From NCBI RefSeq assembly GCF_963921235.1, contig NC_086098.1, forward strand, positions 8,060,001-8,124,000: 64,000 nucleotides of DNA, read 5' to 3'. A program made the position numbers and the translations under genes. This stretch comes from Mobula hypostoma. Lineage: Eukaryota. Below are positions 36,274-49,683 of this stretch, piece by piece (position 1 is the first letter of the stretch; each line of letters opens with the position of its first letter). The notes below the pieces were generated by a model, which was not told the origin of the DNA, did not search any database, and saw only the letters and a program-made list of their open reading frames with translations.

Positions 36274-36894
36274 TGTAAGGGGTTCTTCTTTCAGGTTACT
36301 TGCTAAGGCTAATAAAATGGCTTCTCTGTAATGTTAACTGCTGATGTAAGGGGTTCTCTATAGCAGTGTGTTTGGGTTATAATTAGTGATAAAGGGACTT
36401 GTATTCATTTGCTAACCAATTGGGACAGATGTTATTCTTTCTTGTGTGTATCTGAAAGCTGTTGTTTGCGCGGGAATTGGTCAGAACGCGCCATGGGGAT
36501 GAAGAGAAAAGATGCACACAAAGAGATGCTCTCAGCTGGCTGGTGGACCAGACCCCGAGCAGGGGCTCGGGACCTGCGGAGTTCGGAGGAAATCGAATGG
36601 TGGACCGAGGATACTGCGTGAGCTCCAACGAGTTATTTGTGCACGAACTGTCTGATTATTATTCTTGGCGCCTTTTTATTTTATATTTTGGTTCTCTACT
36701 AATCCCATAGTTCAAGTAAGAATTATAAAATCTTAATTATTTTGCCATATCCTGTGTACGGCTTGTCATTACCGGGTACTGATGTGAAACAAGGGACACA
36801 TCGCACAGCATTCGCCCAAACGAGAGTTCTAAGGTTTGGCCGGGCAGGAGGTCATCACCCCGAGATCATGCAGCTAGGCAAAGCGAGTGTTGCA
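36274..36894 (+). mobile_element. Solo LTR (621 bp) with 4-bp TSD
   Basis: TGTAA...TTGCA termini; TGTG on both sides; interrupts a Rex-type tail that reads through after excision. Confidence 0.8.
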
Positions 36895-36944
36895 TGTGAA
36901 TGTCCACAAGAAAGCGAACCTCAGGCTAATATATGGTGACATAT

Positions 36945-37783
36945 AGAATCATAGAAATGTACAGCACAGAAACAGGCCCTTCAACCCATCTAGTTCATGC
37001 TGAACTATTTAATCTGCCCAGTTCCATTGACCTGTATCCAGACATAGTCCCCTATTCCCCTGCTATCTATGCACCTATCCAAAATTCTCTTAAATGTTGA
37101 AATGTAGCTCACGTGCCCCATTTGCGCTGGCAGCTCATTCCACAGTCTGACCACTCTCTGAGCGAAGACATTTCTCCCTCGTGTTCCCCTTAAACATTTT
37201 ACCTTTGACTTCTACACCATGACCTCTAATTGTAATCTCAACCAACCTCAGTGGAAAAAGCCTGCATTTACCCTAGCTATACCTCTCATAATTTTGTATA
37301 TCTCTGTGAAATCTTCCTTCAATCTTCTACATTCCAAGGAATGAAGTCCTAAACTATTCAATCTTTCCTTATAAATCAGATCATCCAGTCCTGGCAACGT
37401 CCTTGGAAATTTTCTCTGTACTCTTTCAACTTTATTTACATCTTTCCTGCAGGTAGGTGACTAAAACTGCATGCATTATTCCTTACCAATGTCTTATACA
37501 ACTTCAATATATCATCTCATCTCCTGTACTAAATACATTGATTTATGAAGATCAATGTATCAAAAGCTTGCTTTATAACCTTGTCTTCCTGTGATGTCAC
37601 TTTCAATGAATTATAGATGTGTATTACCAGATCTGTTTGTTCTACCACACTCCTCAGTGCCCTACCATTCCCTGTGTAATACCTACCCTGTTTGGTCCTG
37701 CCAAAGTGCAAACACCTCACACTTGTCTGCATTAAATTCCATTTGCCATTTTTCAGCCAATTTTTCAGCTGGTCCAGATCCCA
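36945..37783 (-). mobile_element. Degraded CR1 3' fragment
   Basis: Similar to 1226-1936. Confidence 0.8.
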
Positions 37784-40700
37784 TAAGTAATTTGATAATA
37801 AATTTACTTTGAACTTTGAAAATTACTGAAAGTTACGAACAGAAATAAATAGTGCAAAAGATAGTTCTCATTTCATTTTTATTGCTTATTTATTTATTAT
37901 TATATTATCTCTTTTCTTTTTCTATTGTACTTGCTGTCTTTTGCATATTGGCTGGTTGTCTGTCCTGTTGGATGGCAATGAAAGACTCTATCTGGTTTTT
38001 TGGATTTACTGTGACTCCCTTCAAGGAAACGAATCTCAGGGTTGTATATGGTGACATATATGTACTTTGATAATAAATTTACTTTGAACTTTTCATTCTA
38101 ATGCAGAGGATCACAAGGAGAAATCTGATAGTCAAAAGCCCAAGTGAGAAAATCCAGCGGGTAAGGTCTGGGAAAAGATCGCACATGAACACTGTTTTCA
38201 TAATTTTGCACCCATTCCTTTCAACAACCTATCTGGGAATTATAAAGAAAAAGGTAATGGTATAAAGTCCCAGTATAATTTATTTGCAATGATTTTTTTT
38301 AATGAAAAGCCTACACTAAGTCAACTAAGTTTTTTTTCTGATCATTTGCATTTAGGTTTGCTTGCATTGTTGATAATTTGTTCACTCCCCTCCCTGTAAA
38401 AATTCAGACTAAATACCTTCATCTAACTACTTCTTTTATGTTAATTGCAGGCACATTTTCATCTGCCTTTAACAGGTTCTCATTCCCCCTTACCAGTCAT
38501 TTCCTCTTAATATATTTCTAAATGCCTTTGCAATTAGTATTGCAAGTTTTCTTTTGCCTTCACTTCTTGCAGGTCACATGACTTGTTTGAGCCTCATTGC
38601 TTCTTTTGAAGGCTTCCCATTCCCCTTGAGTTCCACTTGTCCTTGCAATCAACTTGATTGTGTTTCGTATTCATATACTGACCATGAATATTTTCAAATG
38701 TTTCAATTTAATATCAGGGAATGTATACAGTATACAACCTGAAATTCTTACTCTTCACAGACATCCATGAAACAAGAAACACTAAAAAATGAATGATAGT
38801 AACAACAGAACCCCAAAGCCAACGCTCCCCCTCCCACGCACAAGCAGCAGCAGAAACCTCAGCCCTCCCCCACTTGCACCATCAAAAGCACTGACCCCCC
38901 CCACCCTTCATGCAAGCAACAGGAAAAGCCCCCAGAGAGACCTTGATCTAGAGACTACAGTCCATAACCCAGCACTTTGGTGTCTCAGACAGACTGTCCC
39001 TCTCCATCGGGGGAAAGAGAGGTTGCCCCTTTAACAATGAGAGTGGAGACCAGCAGCTCGCTATTCTGATGTTACAAATTCCATATTACTTCTCCAAGCC
39101 CCCAACTTGCGGACCGACAGGAGGGAGAGGGAGAGAGGGGAGTGAGGGAGAGGGAGAGAGAGAGGGTGTGTGTATGTGTGTTTGTGTGTGAGCAAGAAAG
39201 AGAGAGAAAGAGAAATACAGGGGCCTTCCTTTATTTTCCTTTATTTTCCTTCATAATCTTGTGCTGGGGCAGCACAGCAGTGTAGCAGTTACTGTAACAC
39301 TTTACAGTACTAGCGATCTGAGTTCATTTCCCACTGCTGTTAGCTTCTGCTTGTGACCCCATGGATTTCCTCTGGGTGCTCCGGTTTCATCCCACATCCC
39401 AAAGGTGTATGCATTAATGGGTTAATTGGTCACATGGGTGTACGTGGGCCAGAAGGGCTTATTACCATGATGTAGCTCCAAAAAAATAAACAAATAAATG
39501 TTCCCAGAGCTTTGACTTCGAAAATTGGCATTGTCACCAAAGACTCTTGCAAATTTCTATGTATTTATGCTGGAGGGGAATCTATTTGTATCGTAGCCTG
39601 GCTTGCAGTCTCTAATGCAAAGGGTCACAAGAGGCTGTATCTGTATGCCATAGTGTAGAGTGTTAAACACTCAGTCAGCTTCATCTTCTCACCAACCTTC
39701 GCACCACTGAGGACACCTTCAAAACGCAGCACCAATCATTAAGGACTGTTACCATCTGGGATATGCCCTCATCTCATTATCACCATCAGGAAAGAGGTAC
39801 AAGAGCCTCAAAACCTACACCCAATGATTCAGAAACAGCTTCTGTCATCAGATTTCTGGACCACCCATAAGCTCATGAACAATCCCTCATTATTCCTATT
39901 ATTCCTGTTTTTTTGGCACTGTTTATTATTAATTTTATACCTTTGCATTGTACTGCTCCTGCAGAACAACAAGTTTCACATTACTTAATAGACGTGGGGG
40001 TTAGTAGGTTAGTTGGTCACGTGGATGTAATTGGGTGGCATTGCTTTGCTGGACCTGAATGGCCAGTTACCATTCTGTATCTCTGAATAAAATAAATCAA
40101 AAATATGCAACAGTGATAATAAACCCGATTCTGATTCAGATTCTGTTCAATTTTTGAGTCTCCCCACTCTCTGGCCACCAGTTTAGCTACAATCAGTTTT
40201 CACTCTGACACTAACCCAACAGCAAAAGAGGCATTCAGGCTCTAATCACAAGGTGTTAAAAGATGAAATGATAGCAGTTATTGGTATGGAATTATGGCAT
40301 TCAGGAAGCTACTCTAACCTGGAGACATATTCAAAACCCTTGCAAACTGTAATTTTCTTTACAGCAGTTGCTGGGTTTAATATTATTGTCCAGTTGTGAC
40401 AGATTTTATGTGAATTTCAATTTACAAAATCCCTTGTGAGCTGACTAATGGCCTTTTAATGCCTCACAAGATGTGGAGACAGTTGTGCCCATTTATAATT
40501 TATTGAATGATAAGGTTTCTTGAATAGCTTTTCTGTCTTCTTCATCACCAGACTGGAGACACCTCTACTGAGAGATATTGAGAAGACCAGACCCAATAGG
40601 AAATTAACATGTCAAAATTTGAATGCTCAATGAGGCAAGACTATAAAACATCCTCCATGCACAGTACTGTAGTAATTTTATGTATTGCACTGTACTGCTG

Positions 40701-41481
40701 CCACAAAAAAAACACAAACTTCATGACATATGTGAGTGATGATAAACCTAGTTCTGATATGGGTCTTTTGTTGTGGACTGAGAGTGGGAAGGGGGCAGGG
40801 AGAGGGGAATCATGGTTGGGAAAAGGGGAAGGCAGATGGGAGTGAGTGGGAAGCACCAGAGAGACATTGTGTAATCATCAGTAAGCCAATTGTTTGGAAT
40901 CAAATGACCTTACCTGGTGTCTCAGGGTTGGTGTGTCTGTACCCGTGCCTCCCCCACCCCTGCACTCCTTCTCTGCCACCTGTCCCACACCCCTTCCCCA
41001 GCACTCCACCCTCGCCATTCCCAACATCCTTTGCTTCTGTAGTCCTGTGAGAAGGGAGAGGAATTTACATTGCACTGTTCATTCCTCAGTAATTTTATGG
41101 TGAATGAGGGATACAACATATACTGTCACAACCCACCCGAGGCATCCTAGCAGGGATGAACAATTAATCATGTGCTGAAGATCGAATGCAAGACTTTTCA
41201 AGTCAATGGCAGATTCAGTGCTCAATGCTATAAAACAATACCTTGCACACAGCTTCTTCGGATTTTCAACTAAACACATTTGCATGTTTTTAAAGTAATA
41301 TCTCTTTTTTTCTTAACATGAAATGATATTCACATTAAACAAATTATTTTAACTTATTTTAAAAATTATTTGAACAATTATTTATGACTAAATTGAACAG
41401 ATTTCAACCATGTCACACTTCTGCCAGATGTACAATTCTGCCCACTTTACAAACTCACTCTCCACTCCAAATTGACAAATG

Positions 41482-41549
41482 CAGTACTGTGCAAAAGTCC
41501 AAGGCACACTAGCTCTATATATGTGCCTAAGACTTTTTGCACAGTACTG
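41482..41549. mobile_element. 68-bp Tc1-type mini-MITE (near-palindrome)
   Basis: CAGTACTGTGCAAAAGTC..AGGCAC / GTGCCTAAGACTTTTTGCACAGTACTG. Confidence 0.7.
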
Positions 41550-42649
41550 TATGGGTGTCAATGTCAAGTGCGATTAATTTAGTTTTCATTTTTCATGGAA
41601 TTACTTGCATGTTAAAACAAGAAAATACTCTTTTTTCATCAGTTAGAATGTCTGATACTTGATTATCCAAAGGAACCGATCCAAGGATGAATTGTCCCAT
41701 TTAAACTGTGGATGTTATTTGTGTTTTAAATATTGTAACTGCATTCAAAATTGTAGTTCTTGTTACCCAACAGGTTAAGGTAAGGATATTGCATTAATGA
41801 TGTTGCAGTCGCAATTTGACCCTTGATTCCAGAGAGGCTTCAGCAGTGTCCTTGAACTGTTCTAGTTCTCTAATGCAGTTCTGTATGAAATTGTTTTCTC
41901 CCGCGTGCTGACAGGCACTCCTGCAGAAGTTTCATAAGTTCTTGATCGAATTATAATCCGTAAGGTGCCAATAATTGGTCCCAACTCCTATTATTTCCCC
42001 AAACTTCTTGAACTGCATGCATTCATTTGGCAAATGTACACTCTTGTGTTTACATGTCCAGGAGGCCTAAAAGCACAAAAAGGAACCAGTATTCAGCCTC
42101 AGTGCTCTGTACTAGCCAAGATTCCCCACCTGAGCATGTCCCGTCTACCTGCATTTGACCATCTCCCTCTCCTCTCACTGCTACCATTGTGTGGGAGGTG
42201 CAGGAGTCTTGGGTCCCACACCACCCAGGTTCCGGAGTGTTGCTGCCTGCAGCCATTGGGCTCCTGGACTATCTTGACTCACCCGAGCACTAAGGTGACC
42301 TTGCAGCCTGTGGACTCCCTTCCGGAGACTCTGTAGATCATCTTCTCAATATTATTTATTTGTTCTTTATTATTTGCCTGACCTCTCTCCTTTTGCACGT
42401 GAGGTGTTTGTCCGTCTTTGTGATGTGTAGATTTTTTGTCGCTTCTGTTGTACCTCTTTGTTTTCCTATCAGTGCATGCAAGCAGATGAATCTCAAGGTT
42501 TTATTTGATATCCATACTTTGATAATAAGTTTACTTTGAAATTTGAACTTTAAAATACACATCAACTTTGAGGCATTCCCTAGGATGAAAATGAACTTGT
42601 AAACTTTTCAACTCTCAATTTTGTCAGGGAAAATATGTTCCAAGGCTGT

Positions 42650-43709
42650 TATAGCCAAGGGTGGTAAAGGAGACAAGCTCCCACTGCATATTAAATACTC
42701 CCAATGGTGTGCACCTCAAATAGCCTCTGACAACTAAGTTCAGCCCCTAGCCCTCACATGTTACTTCACTACTAAGCCCGACGGAACTATTTCTACTGAC
42801 AGGAGAAGGGGCAAAGGTTGGTTACTGATGCCTTAAAATCAATTGCTTTGGGCAGATGGGGCTCGTCTGAAGCTGAATGCTGAATGCTGGAGTATCTAAA
42901 TGGTGAAGCTTAATAAGACATTTGTCAGGTCGCACTTGGAGTATTGTCAACAGTTTTGGGCCCAAACGTTTCTCAGAAAGGGTACATTGTCATTGGAGAG
43001 AGTCCAGAGGAGGTTCATGAAGATGATTGTGGGAATGAAGGGGTTAACATATAAGGAGAGTTTGGCAGCTTTAGGCCTGTATTCACTGGAATTTAGAAGA
43101 ATGTGGGGGAATCTTATTTTAACCTACTGAATGTTGAAAGGACTGGATAAGGTGGATGTGGAGAGGTTGTTTCCTCTGGTGGAGGGTATCCAGAACTAGA
43201 GGGCACAGCATCAAAGCTGAGGGGCGACATTTTAAGCTCTGCCACAAACTACGGTGGAGGCCAAGTCCATGGGTATAGTCAAAGTGGAAGTTGATAGATT
43301 CCTGATTTGTTATGGCATCAGGGAATACAGTGAGAGGGCAGGTGTAATGGGGTTGAATGGGATCTGGGATCAGCCATGATGAAATGGCAGAGTGGACTCG
43401 ATGGGCTGAATGGCCAAATTCTACTCCTATGTCTTATGGTCTTACGATTGTTGGCCATGGTTGGCAGTTCATCTAGGAGAAGGAAAACTCTGATTTCAAA
43501 CCTCTGCTGCCTTGCAGCTGTACCCACTCATGGGGAAGGCTTCAGGAGTAAACTTGTGGAAAAACCTGGAGCTGGAGGCCACAGGGCAGTCCTACGTTGA
43601 GTTCAGCTCTGACAGGCAACTCCGGCGACTCTACTGCTGTATCAGCCTTCGCCATTCCTTTGGGTTCATCAGATTCCTGCTGCCTAGGGAATAGCTTGCT
43701 CTCCATATC
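42650..43709 (+). mobile_element. RTE-like 5'-region element split by a CR1 fragment (~42900-43445); probable continuation at 51150-51228
   Basis: CTAGGAGAAGGAAAACTCTGATTTCAAACC motif resembles RTE 5' UTRs. Continuity across the inserts is inferred. Confidence 0.45.
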
Positions 43710-44617
43710 AAGAATCTGAGGTACAAAAGGACTTGGGCGTCCTCCTGCAGGATATCCTAAAGGTTGATTTGCAGGTTGAGTCTGTGGTGAAGAAGGCAAA
43801 TGCAATGATAGCGTTCATTTCAAGAGGACTAGAATATGAAAGCAGGGATGTAATACTGAGGCTTCACTTGCAGTCTTGGGCCCCTTATTTAAGAAAGGAT
43901 TTGTTGACATTTGAGAGGGTTCAGAGGAGGTTCATGAGAATAATTCCAGGAATGAAAGGGTTATGAGGAGTGATTGGCAACATCAGGCCTTCACTCGCTG
44001 GAACAGAAGAATGAGGGGAATCTCTTTGAATCCTGTTGTGCTTGTGCACAAATACATATCAATTAAATAAAAGCATGCATGAAGGAGATGGCTTTAACTG
44101 GTGTATTAACATTACAGCGAGAGAGAGAGAGAGAGAGAGAGAACAATGCATGTGTGTAGAAAACAGCACATGCGCTGACAACAGATCAATATGTAGTGCT
44201 GGGGGGCGTCGTGCTCTAAAATTCATACATTACAGTTCCTCCCCCTTTAGATTAATGCAACATAACCTGTATATATACAATATATTAAATTTCCCTTTCA
44301 TAAACCCATATTCCAAATAAACATGCATTTGTGACGACCCACTTTCTGGCACACACGAACCGGCTCACAACAGCGCGCGCAGGCAGAGGGCCGGCCCCAA
44401 AAAGGGCGCCAGGCCATCTTCACCAGCAGGGGGAAAACCCCGCGCGCGGAAAGGGTCAGGGAATATGCATTCCCCACGGCAGTCCCGCCACAGGGAGGGC
44501 GGGAACGGGGAGGCTTTAAAGCGGGCCGCGAAGTTTGAATAAACCTCTTTCATCGCAACTCTAACTCACCGACTCCGTGTGGTTATTCTAGCGCTGTGTG
44601 TAGCACACCGCTACAAT

Positions 44618-44631
44618 TGGTGACCCCGACG
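44618..44631 (+). promoter_or_regulatory. Primer-binding site complementary to the tRNA-Trp 3' end
   Basis: TGGTGACCCCGACG, 2 nt after the 5' LTR. Confidence 0.85.
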
Positions 44632-44655
44632 GCCCAAACGATATTTGGACCAGAG

Positions 44656-45195
44656 ATGACCGACGCCGCACCTGTTCACGCAGTTTCGTTAAAACTGCCA
44701 AGCTTCTGGACGCTGCGACCCCATTTATGGTTCGAACAAGCAGAAGCACAATTCCACATTCGGCAGATAACCTCAGAGTCCACTCGCTACTACTATGTGC
44801 TGAGCTCACTCGACCAGGAGACTGCTGCACAAGTTGAGGAGTTTATACAGTCGCCCCCGGAGGACGGCAAATACACAGCATTCAAAGCCCTGCTCATAAG
44901 GTCTTTCAGACTCTCACGGCGCGAACGAGCACGCCGCTTAATGTACCTGGATGGTTTGGGAGACAGGTCGCCGTCAGCATTAATGAACGAGATGCTGGCC
45001 CTGGCTGAAGGACACAAACCCTGCCTCATGTTTGAGCAGGTGTTCCTAGAGCAACTGCCCGAGGACATATGCCTGCTGCTGTCCGACGCAGATTTCAGCA
45101 ACCCCCGGGAGGTGGCGGCCCGAGCAGATGTGCTGTGGAATGCCAGGAAAGAGAGAGGGGCATCCGTCGCACAGATCACCAAGCCGCGTGCCTAA
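44656..45195 (+). pseudogene. Gypsy gag (premature stop at 45193)
   Basis: MTDAAPVHAVSLKLPSFW...WFEQAEAQF; the frame continues past the TAA to a WCFYHQRWG..C..PC knuckle. Confidence 0.85.
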
Positions 45196-45339
45196 CGACA
45201 GACCAGACCAGGCCTGGCAGCAGAGCCTACAAAACCCGGCGACGGGAGTGAGGAGCCCAACGAACAATGGTGTTTCTACCACCAGCGGTGGGGCACAGAG
45301 GCCTGCCGCTGCAGACCACCCTGCAAGTTCCCGGGAAAC

Positions 45340-48212
45340 GATGGTTACGGCGGCTGGCCATCAGGACAGCCTCCTGTACGTCTGGGACAAGCAGTCGGGA
45401 CGTCGCTTTTTGGTCGACACCGGAGCGGAGATCAGCGTCTTACCTCCAACGAGTTACGACACCCGCAACAGAGAACCGGGACCCACCCTGAGGCCCGCTA
45501 ATGGCAGCACAATACGAACCTACGGCACCCGCACGGTGCGGCTACAGTTCAGCTCCAGCCGGTTCACGTGGGACTTCACACTGGCCGCCGTGGCCCAACC
45601 ACTCCTGGGGGCGGATTTTGTGCCTGCTGGTTGACTTGCAAGGGAAGCGACTAGTCCACGCCAAGACTTTTCAAACTTTCTCCCTGGGTGAAGCACAGTT
45701 GCCAGCCCCACACCTGGACTCCATCACGCTGTCCGACGATGAATTCACCAGGGTCCTGGCGGATTTCCCATCAGTACTGACACCGCAGTTCACGGCAGCC
45801 ATGCCCAGACACGGAGTACAGCACCACATCCCGACCCAGGGACCACCCCTCCACGCCCGTGCTCGAAGGCTTCCCCCGGACAAGCCCCGACTGGCGAAGG
45901 AGGAGTTCAAGAAGATGGAGGAATTAGGGATCATACGACAGTCCATACCATCAAATCCCTGTACATCCGGACGACATCCCCAAAACAGCACTTATCACCC
46001 CGTTCGGACTTTTCGAATTCCTCCGAATGCCGTTTGGTCTAAAGAATGCCGCACAGACTTTCCAGCGGCTGATGGACGCGGTGGGACGCGACCTGGACTT
46101 TGCATTCATCTATTTGGACGACATCGTCATAGCCAGCAGTAGTCGGCAGGAGCATCTGTCCCACCTCCGCCAGCTCTACTCCCGCCTGAGTGAATTCGGC
46201 CTTACAATCAATCCAGCCAAATGCCAGTTCGGACTCGACACCATCGACTTCCTGGGCCACAGGATTACTAAAGACGGGGCAACCCCGCTGCCCGCCAAGG
46301 TAGACGCGGTCCGCAACTTCCCCCGACCCAACACAATCAAAGGCCTGCAGGAATTCGTGGGTATGGTGAATTTCTACCACCGTTTCCTCCCCTCAGCAGC
46401 CCGAACCATGCACCCCCTGTTCACCCTGATGTCGGGTAAGGGCAAGGACATTACCTGGGACGAAGAGGCCGCAATCGCTTTCGTTAAAACCAAAGAAGCC
46501 TTGGCAAACGCCGCGATGCTAGTGCACCCCAGAACGGACGTTCCTACTGCCCTCACAGTGGACGCATCCAACACAGCAGTCGGTGGAGTGCTGGAACAAC
46601 TCATCGAAGGTCGCTGGCAACGCCTGGCATCCTGGCATTCTTCAGCAAACACCTACGACCACCTGAACTCAAATACAGTGCTTTCGACCGGGAGCTATTG
46701 GCACTATACCTGGCAATCCGGCATTTCAGGTACTTCTTAGAAAGTAGGCTCTTTACCGCGTCACAGACCACAAACCGCTTACCTTTGCATTCATGAAGGC
46801 GTCTGACCCCTGGTCGTCCCACCAGCAGCGACATCTGTCCTACATCTCCGAGTACACGACGGACATCCGGCATGTCTCTGGAAAGGGCAACGTCGTGGCG
46901 GACGCACTTTCCAGACCGACCATACAGGCCATGTCCCAGGGGGTGGACTACGCAGCGCTGGCAGAGGCACAGCAGGCAGACGCTGAGATCCCCAGTTACA
47001 GGACTGCAGTCTCCGGTTTGCAGCTCCAAGAACTCCCCGTAGGCCCAGGTGAGAGGACCCTACTATGTGACGTAGCTACCGGCCAACCCCACCCCGTCGT
47101 CCCAGCAGCCTGGCGCCGGCGGGTTTTCGAGTCCATTCACAACTTAGCGCACCTCTCCATCAGGACAACCGTCCGGCTGGTCTCCAACAGGTTCGTGTGG
47201 CATGGATTGTGTAAACAGGTCAGTGAATGGGCCAAAACGTGCACGCAGTGCCAAACGGCCAAGGTGCAGCGGCACACCAAGGCTCCGCCACAGCGGTTCG
47301 AACCCACCCGCCGGAGGTTTGACCACATCCATGTGGATATTGTGGGGCCCCTGCCAGTGTCACGAGGAGCGCGGTACCTCCTAACTATGATAGACCGGTT
47401 CACCAGATGGCCAGAGGCAGTCCCGCTCACTGACACCACCTCCGAATCCTGCGCCCGAGCACTGATCGCAACCTGGGTAGCCCGCTTCGGGGTACCGGCC
47501 CACATTACCTCCGACAGGGGCGCCCAGTTCACCTCCAGCCTGTGGTCGGCTATGGCCAACCTTTTAGGATCGCAGCTACACCACACAACTGCCTACCACC
47601 CACAGTCGAACGGACTAGCGGAGCGCTTCCACCGTCACCTGAAGTTGGCTCTCATGGCCTGCCTGGAGGGGCCTAACTGGGTGGACGAGCTTCCCTGGGT
47701 CCTGCTCGGAATCCACACGGCGCCCAAGGAGGATCTGCACACCTCGTCGGCCGAGTTGGTGTACGGCGCACCCCTGGTAGTCCCAGGAGAGTTCATACCA
47801 GCCCCAAGGGGGCAAGAGGAAGAACCCACAGCAGTCCTGGACAGACTACGGGAGAGGCTCGGTAACCTGGCCCCCATCCCCACTTCACAGCACGGACAGA
47901 GCCCGACCTGCGTACCCAAAGACCTGCAGAACCGTAAGTTTCTTTTTGTACGACGAGGCGGACACCGGGCACCGCTACAGCGGCCCTACGAGGGGCCGTT
48001 TAAGGTGATCAGGAACAATGGGTCCATGTTCGTGCTGGACATTGGGGGGAGAGAGGAGGTTTTCACGGTGGACCGACTCACACCGGCCCATGTGGACTTG
48101 GCGCAACCAATCCAGGCTCAGGCACCGCGGCACAGGGGCAGACCTCCCAAACAGAGGCCGATCCAGACTGTGGACATTGGGGGAGGTATCGCCAGTTCTG
48201 GGGGGGGGGTTA
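45340..48212 (+). pseudogene. Gypsy pol (PR-RT-RH-IN) with frameshifts and a deletion in RT
   Basis: ELGIIR is joined almost directly to YHQIPVHPDDIPKTA at ~45946, so the usual intervening RT motifs are absent. CCTGGCAT is duplicated at ~46623-46638. The integrase frame 46793..48232 is open. Confidence 0.9.
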
Positions 48213-49409
48213 TGTGGCGAACCACTTTCTAGCACCCACGAACCGGCTCACAACAGCGCGCGCAGGCAGAGGGCCGGCCCCAAAAAGGGCACCAGGCCAT
48301 CTTCACCAGCAGGGGGAAAATCCCGCGCGCGGAAAGGGTCTGGGAATATGCATTCCCCACAGCAGTCCCGCCCCAGGGAGGGCGGGAACGGGGAGGCTTT
48401 AAAGCAGGCCGCGAAGTTTGAATAAATCTCTTTCATCGCAACTCTAACTCACCGACTCCGTGTGGTTATTCTAGCGCTGTGTGTAGCACACCGCTACACA
48501 TTCACAATAACAGTCCATAACTAACTTCGCAGTTCTAAAGATTCAGTCTTTTGGGTGGCCTCTGTTTCTTTCGGGATAGCACCTCTGGACCTGTGGAGTG
48601 GCATCAGGTTTGGCAGGTGTCTTGTTTAAGACAACATTCTTGGTTTCCGATGTCATGTCGCTGTCAGTGATGTCATCACTGAGAGACAAGTCTGGTAACT
48701 ATAATGCGTCTGCCTTGTTGGATGCAGTCGATTCACGTGTGTTCTTCGGTTGAACATTAAGTATCTGGTCCATATGATATCTCAATGTCTGATCCCCAGC
48801 ATCCACTGTGTACATCAGTGGTCTAGTTCTTGCAGCTATCCTACCGGGTAATCACGCACTAGGACTTCCCGTCCAATCTCAAAGCTCCTTGCTGCTTCAG
48901 TTGGCAACTGGCTGAGCTGTTTATTCTGCACTTCCCTCCGTAGATCTGGTTTCAGGAGGTCTATGCGAGATCTCAGATTCCTGCTCATGAACAGCATTGC
49001 AGGTGTTTGATTTTTCATCATATGAGCAGAGTTCCGATACACAAAAAGGAAGTTGTCCACCTTGTGCTGTAGGGAAATATCCTCCTTGTCCAGTGCTTTA
49101 ATTGACTTCTTGAAGATTTGGATAAACCTTTCAGCTAACTCATTCATTGCTGGGTGATGAGACTTGCAATGTCTGATTCCATTTTTCTTCATGAACAGCC
49201 TGAATTCTTCTGACATGTATTGTGGTCTTTTGTCTCTCCCATTTTGTTCTAGTAAGCTGTTTCGGGTGAAGGCAGTCCTCAGAGTGCAGACAGTCTTTGC
49301 TGAGATGGTTAATTTCATTGGCATAACCTCCAGCCACTTTGAATGAACATCCTGTCATAAGAGTGGACTCCTAGGAATAGTGCCTAATGTTGTAACCCAG
49401 TAGCAGTCA

Positions 49410-49683
49410 TCACTGGAATTCCCTTCCTGGGATTAAAAATAACAGTGAATAAAAAGTAAGTGCTACAGCACACAAATATAAAAGTACTGAGACAGTACAA
49501 TATGGGCGCAATACTGCTTAGCGTTGTGATGTGAGGTTCAGCAAGGTCACAGCCTCAGGGAAGAAGCTCTTCCTGCGCCTGCTGGTGCGGGAGCGGAGGC
49601 TCCTGTAGCGCCTACCGGATGGGAGGAGAGTAAAAGGTCCATGGTTAGGGTGAGATGCATCCTTGATAATGTTTTTCGCCCTT
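49410..49683 (-). mobile_element. Rex1/Babar-type 3' fragment inside the older Gypsy
   Basis: LPSGRRYRSLRSRTSRRRKSFFPEAVTLLN on the minus strand. Confidence 0.75.

Larger units (their letters stand above)
44330..48498 (+). mobile_element. Ty3/Gypsy LTR retrotransposon, two LTRs, defective gag-pol
   Basis: 286-bp LTRs 44330-44615 and 48213-48498; TSD CATT; gag (KLPSFW), protease (FLVDTGAEIS), RT (YLDD), RNase H (TVDAS), integrase with zinc-finger region and GPF motif; G-run PPT 48200-48209. Confidence 0.97.

Noticed and set aside
41079..41285. Minus-strand ORF with possible splice sites
   Set aside because: Weak signals and no recognisable protein.
46793..48232. 479-aa integrase ORF as a domesticated gene
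   Set aside because: Lies within a recent two-LTR element and runs into the 3' LTR; an open frame is expected from its youth.
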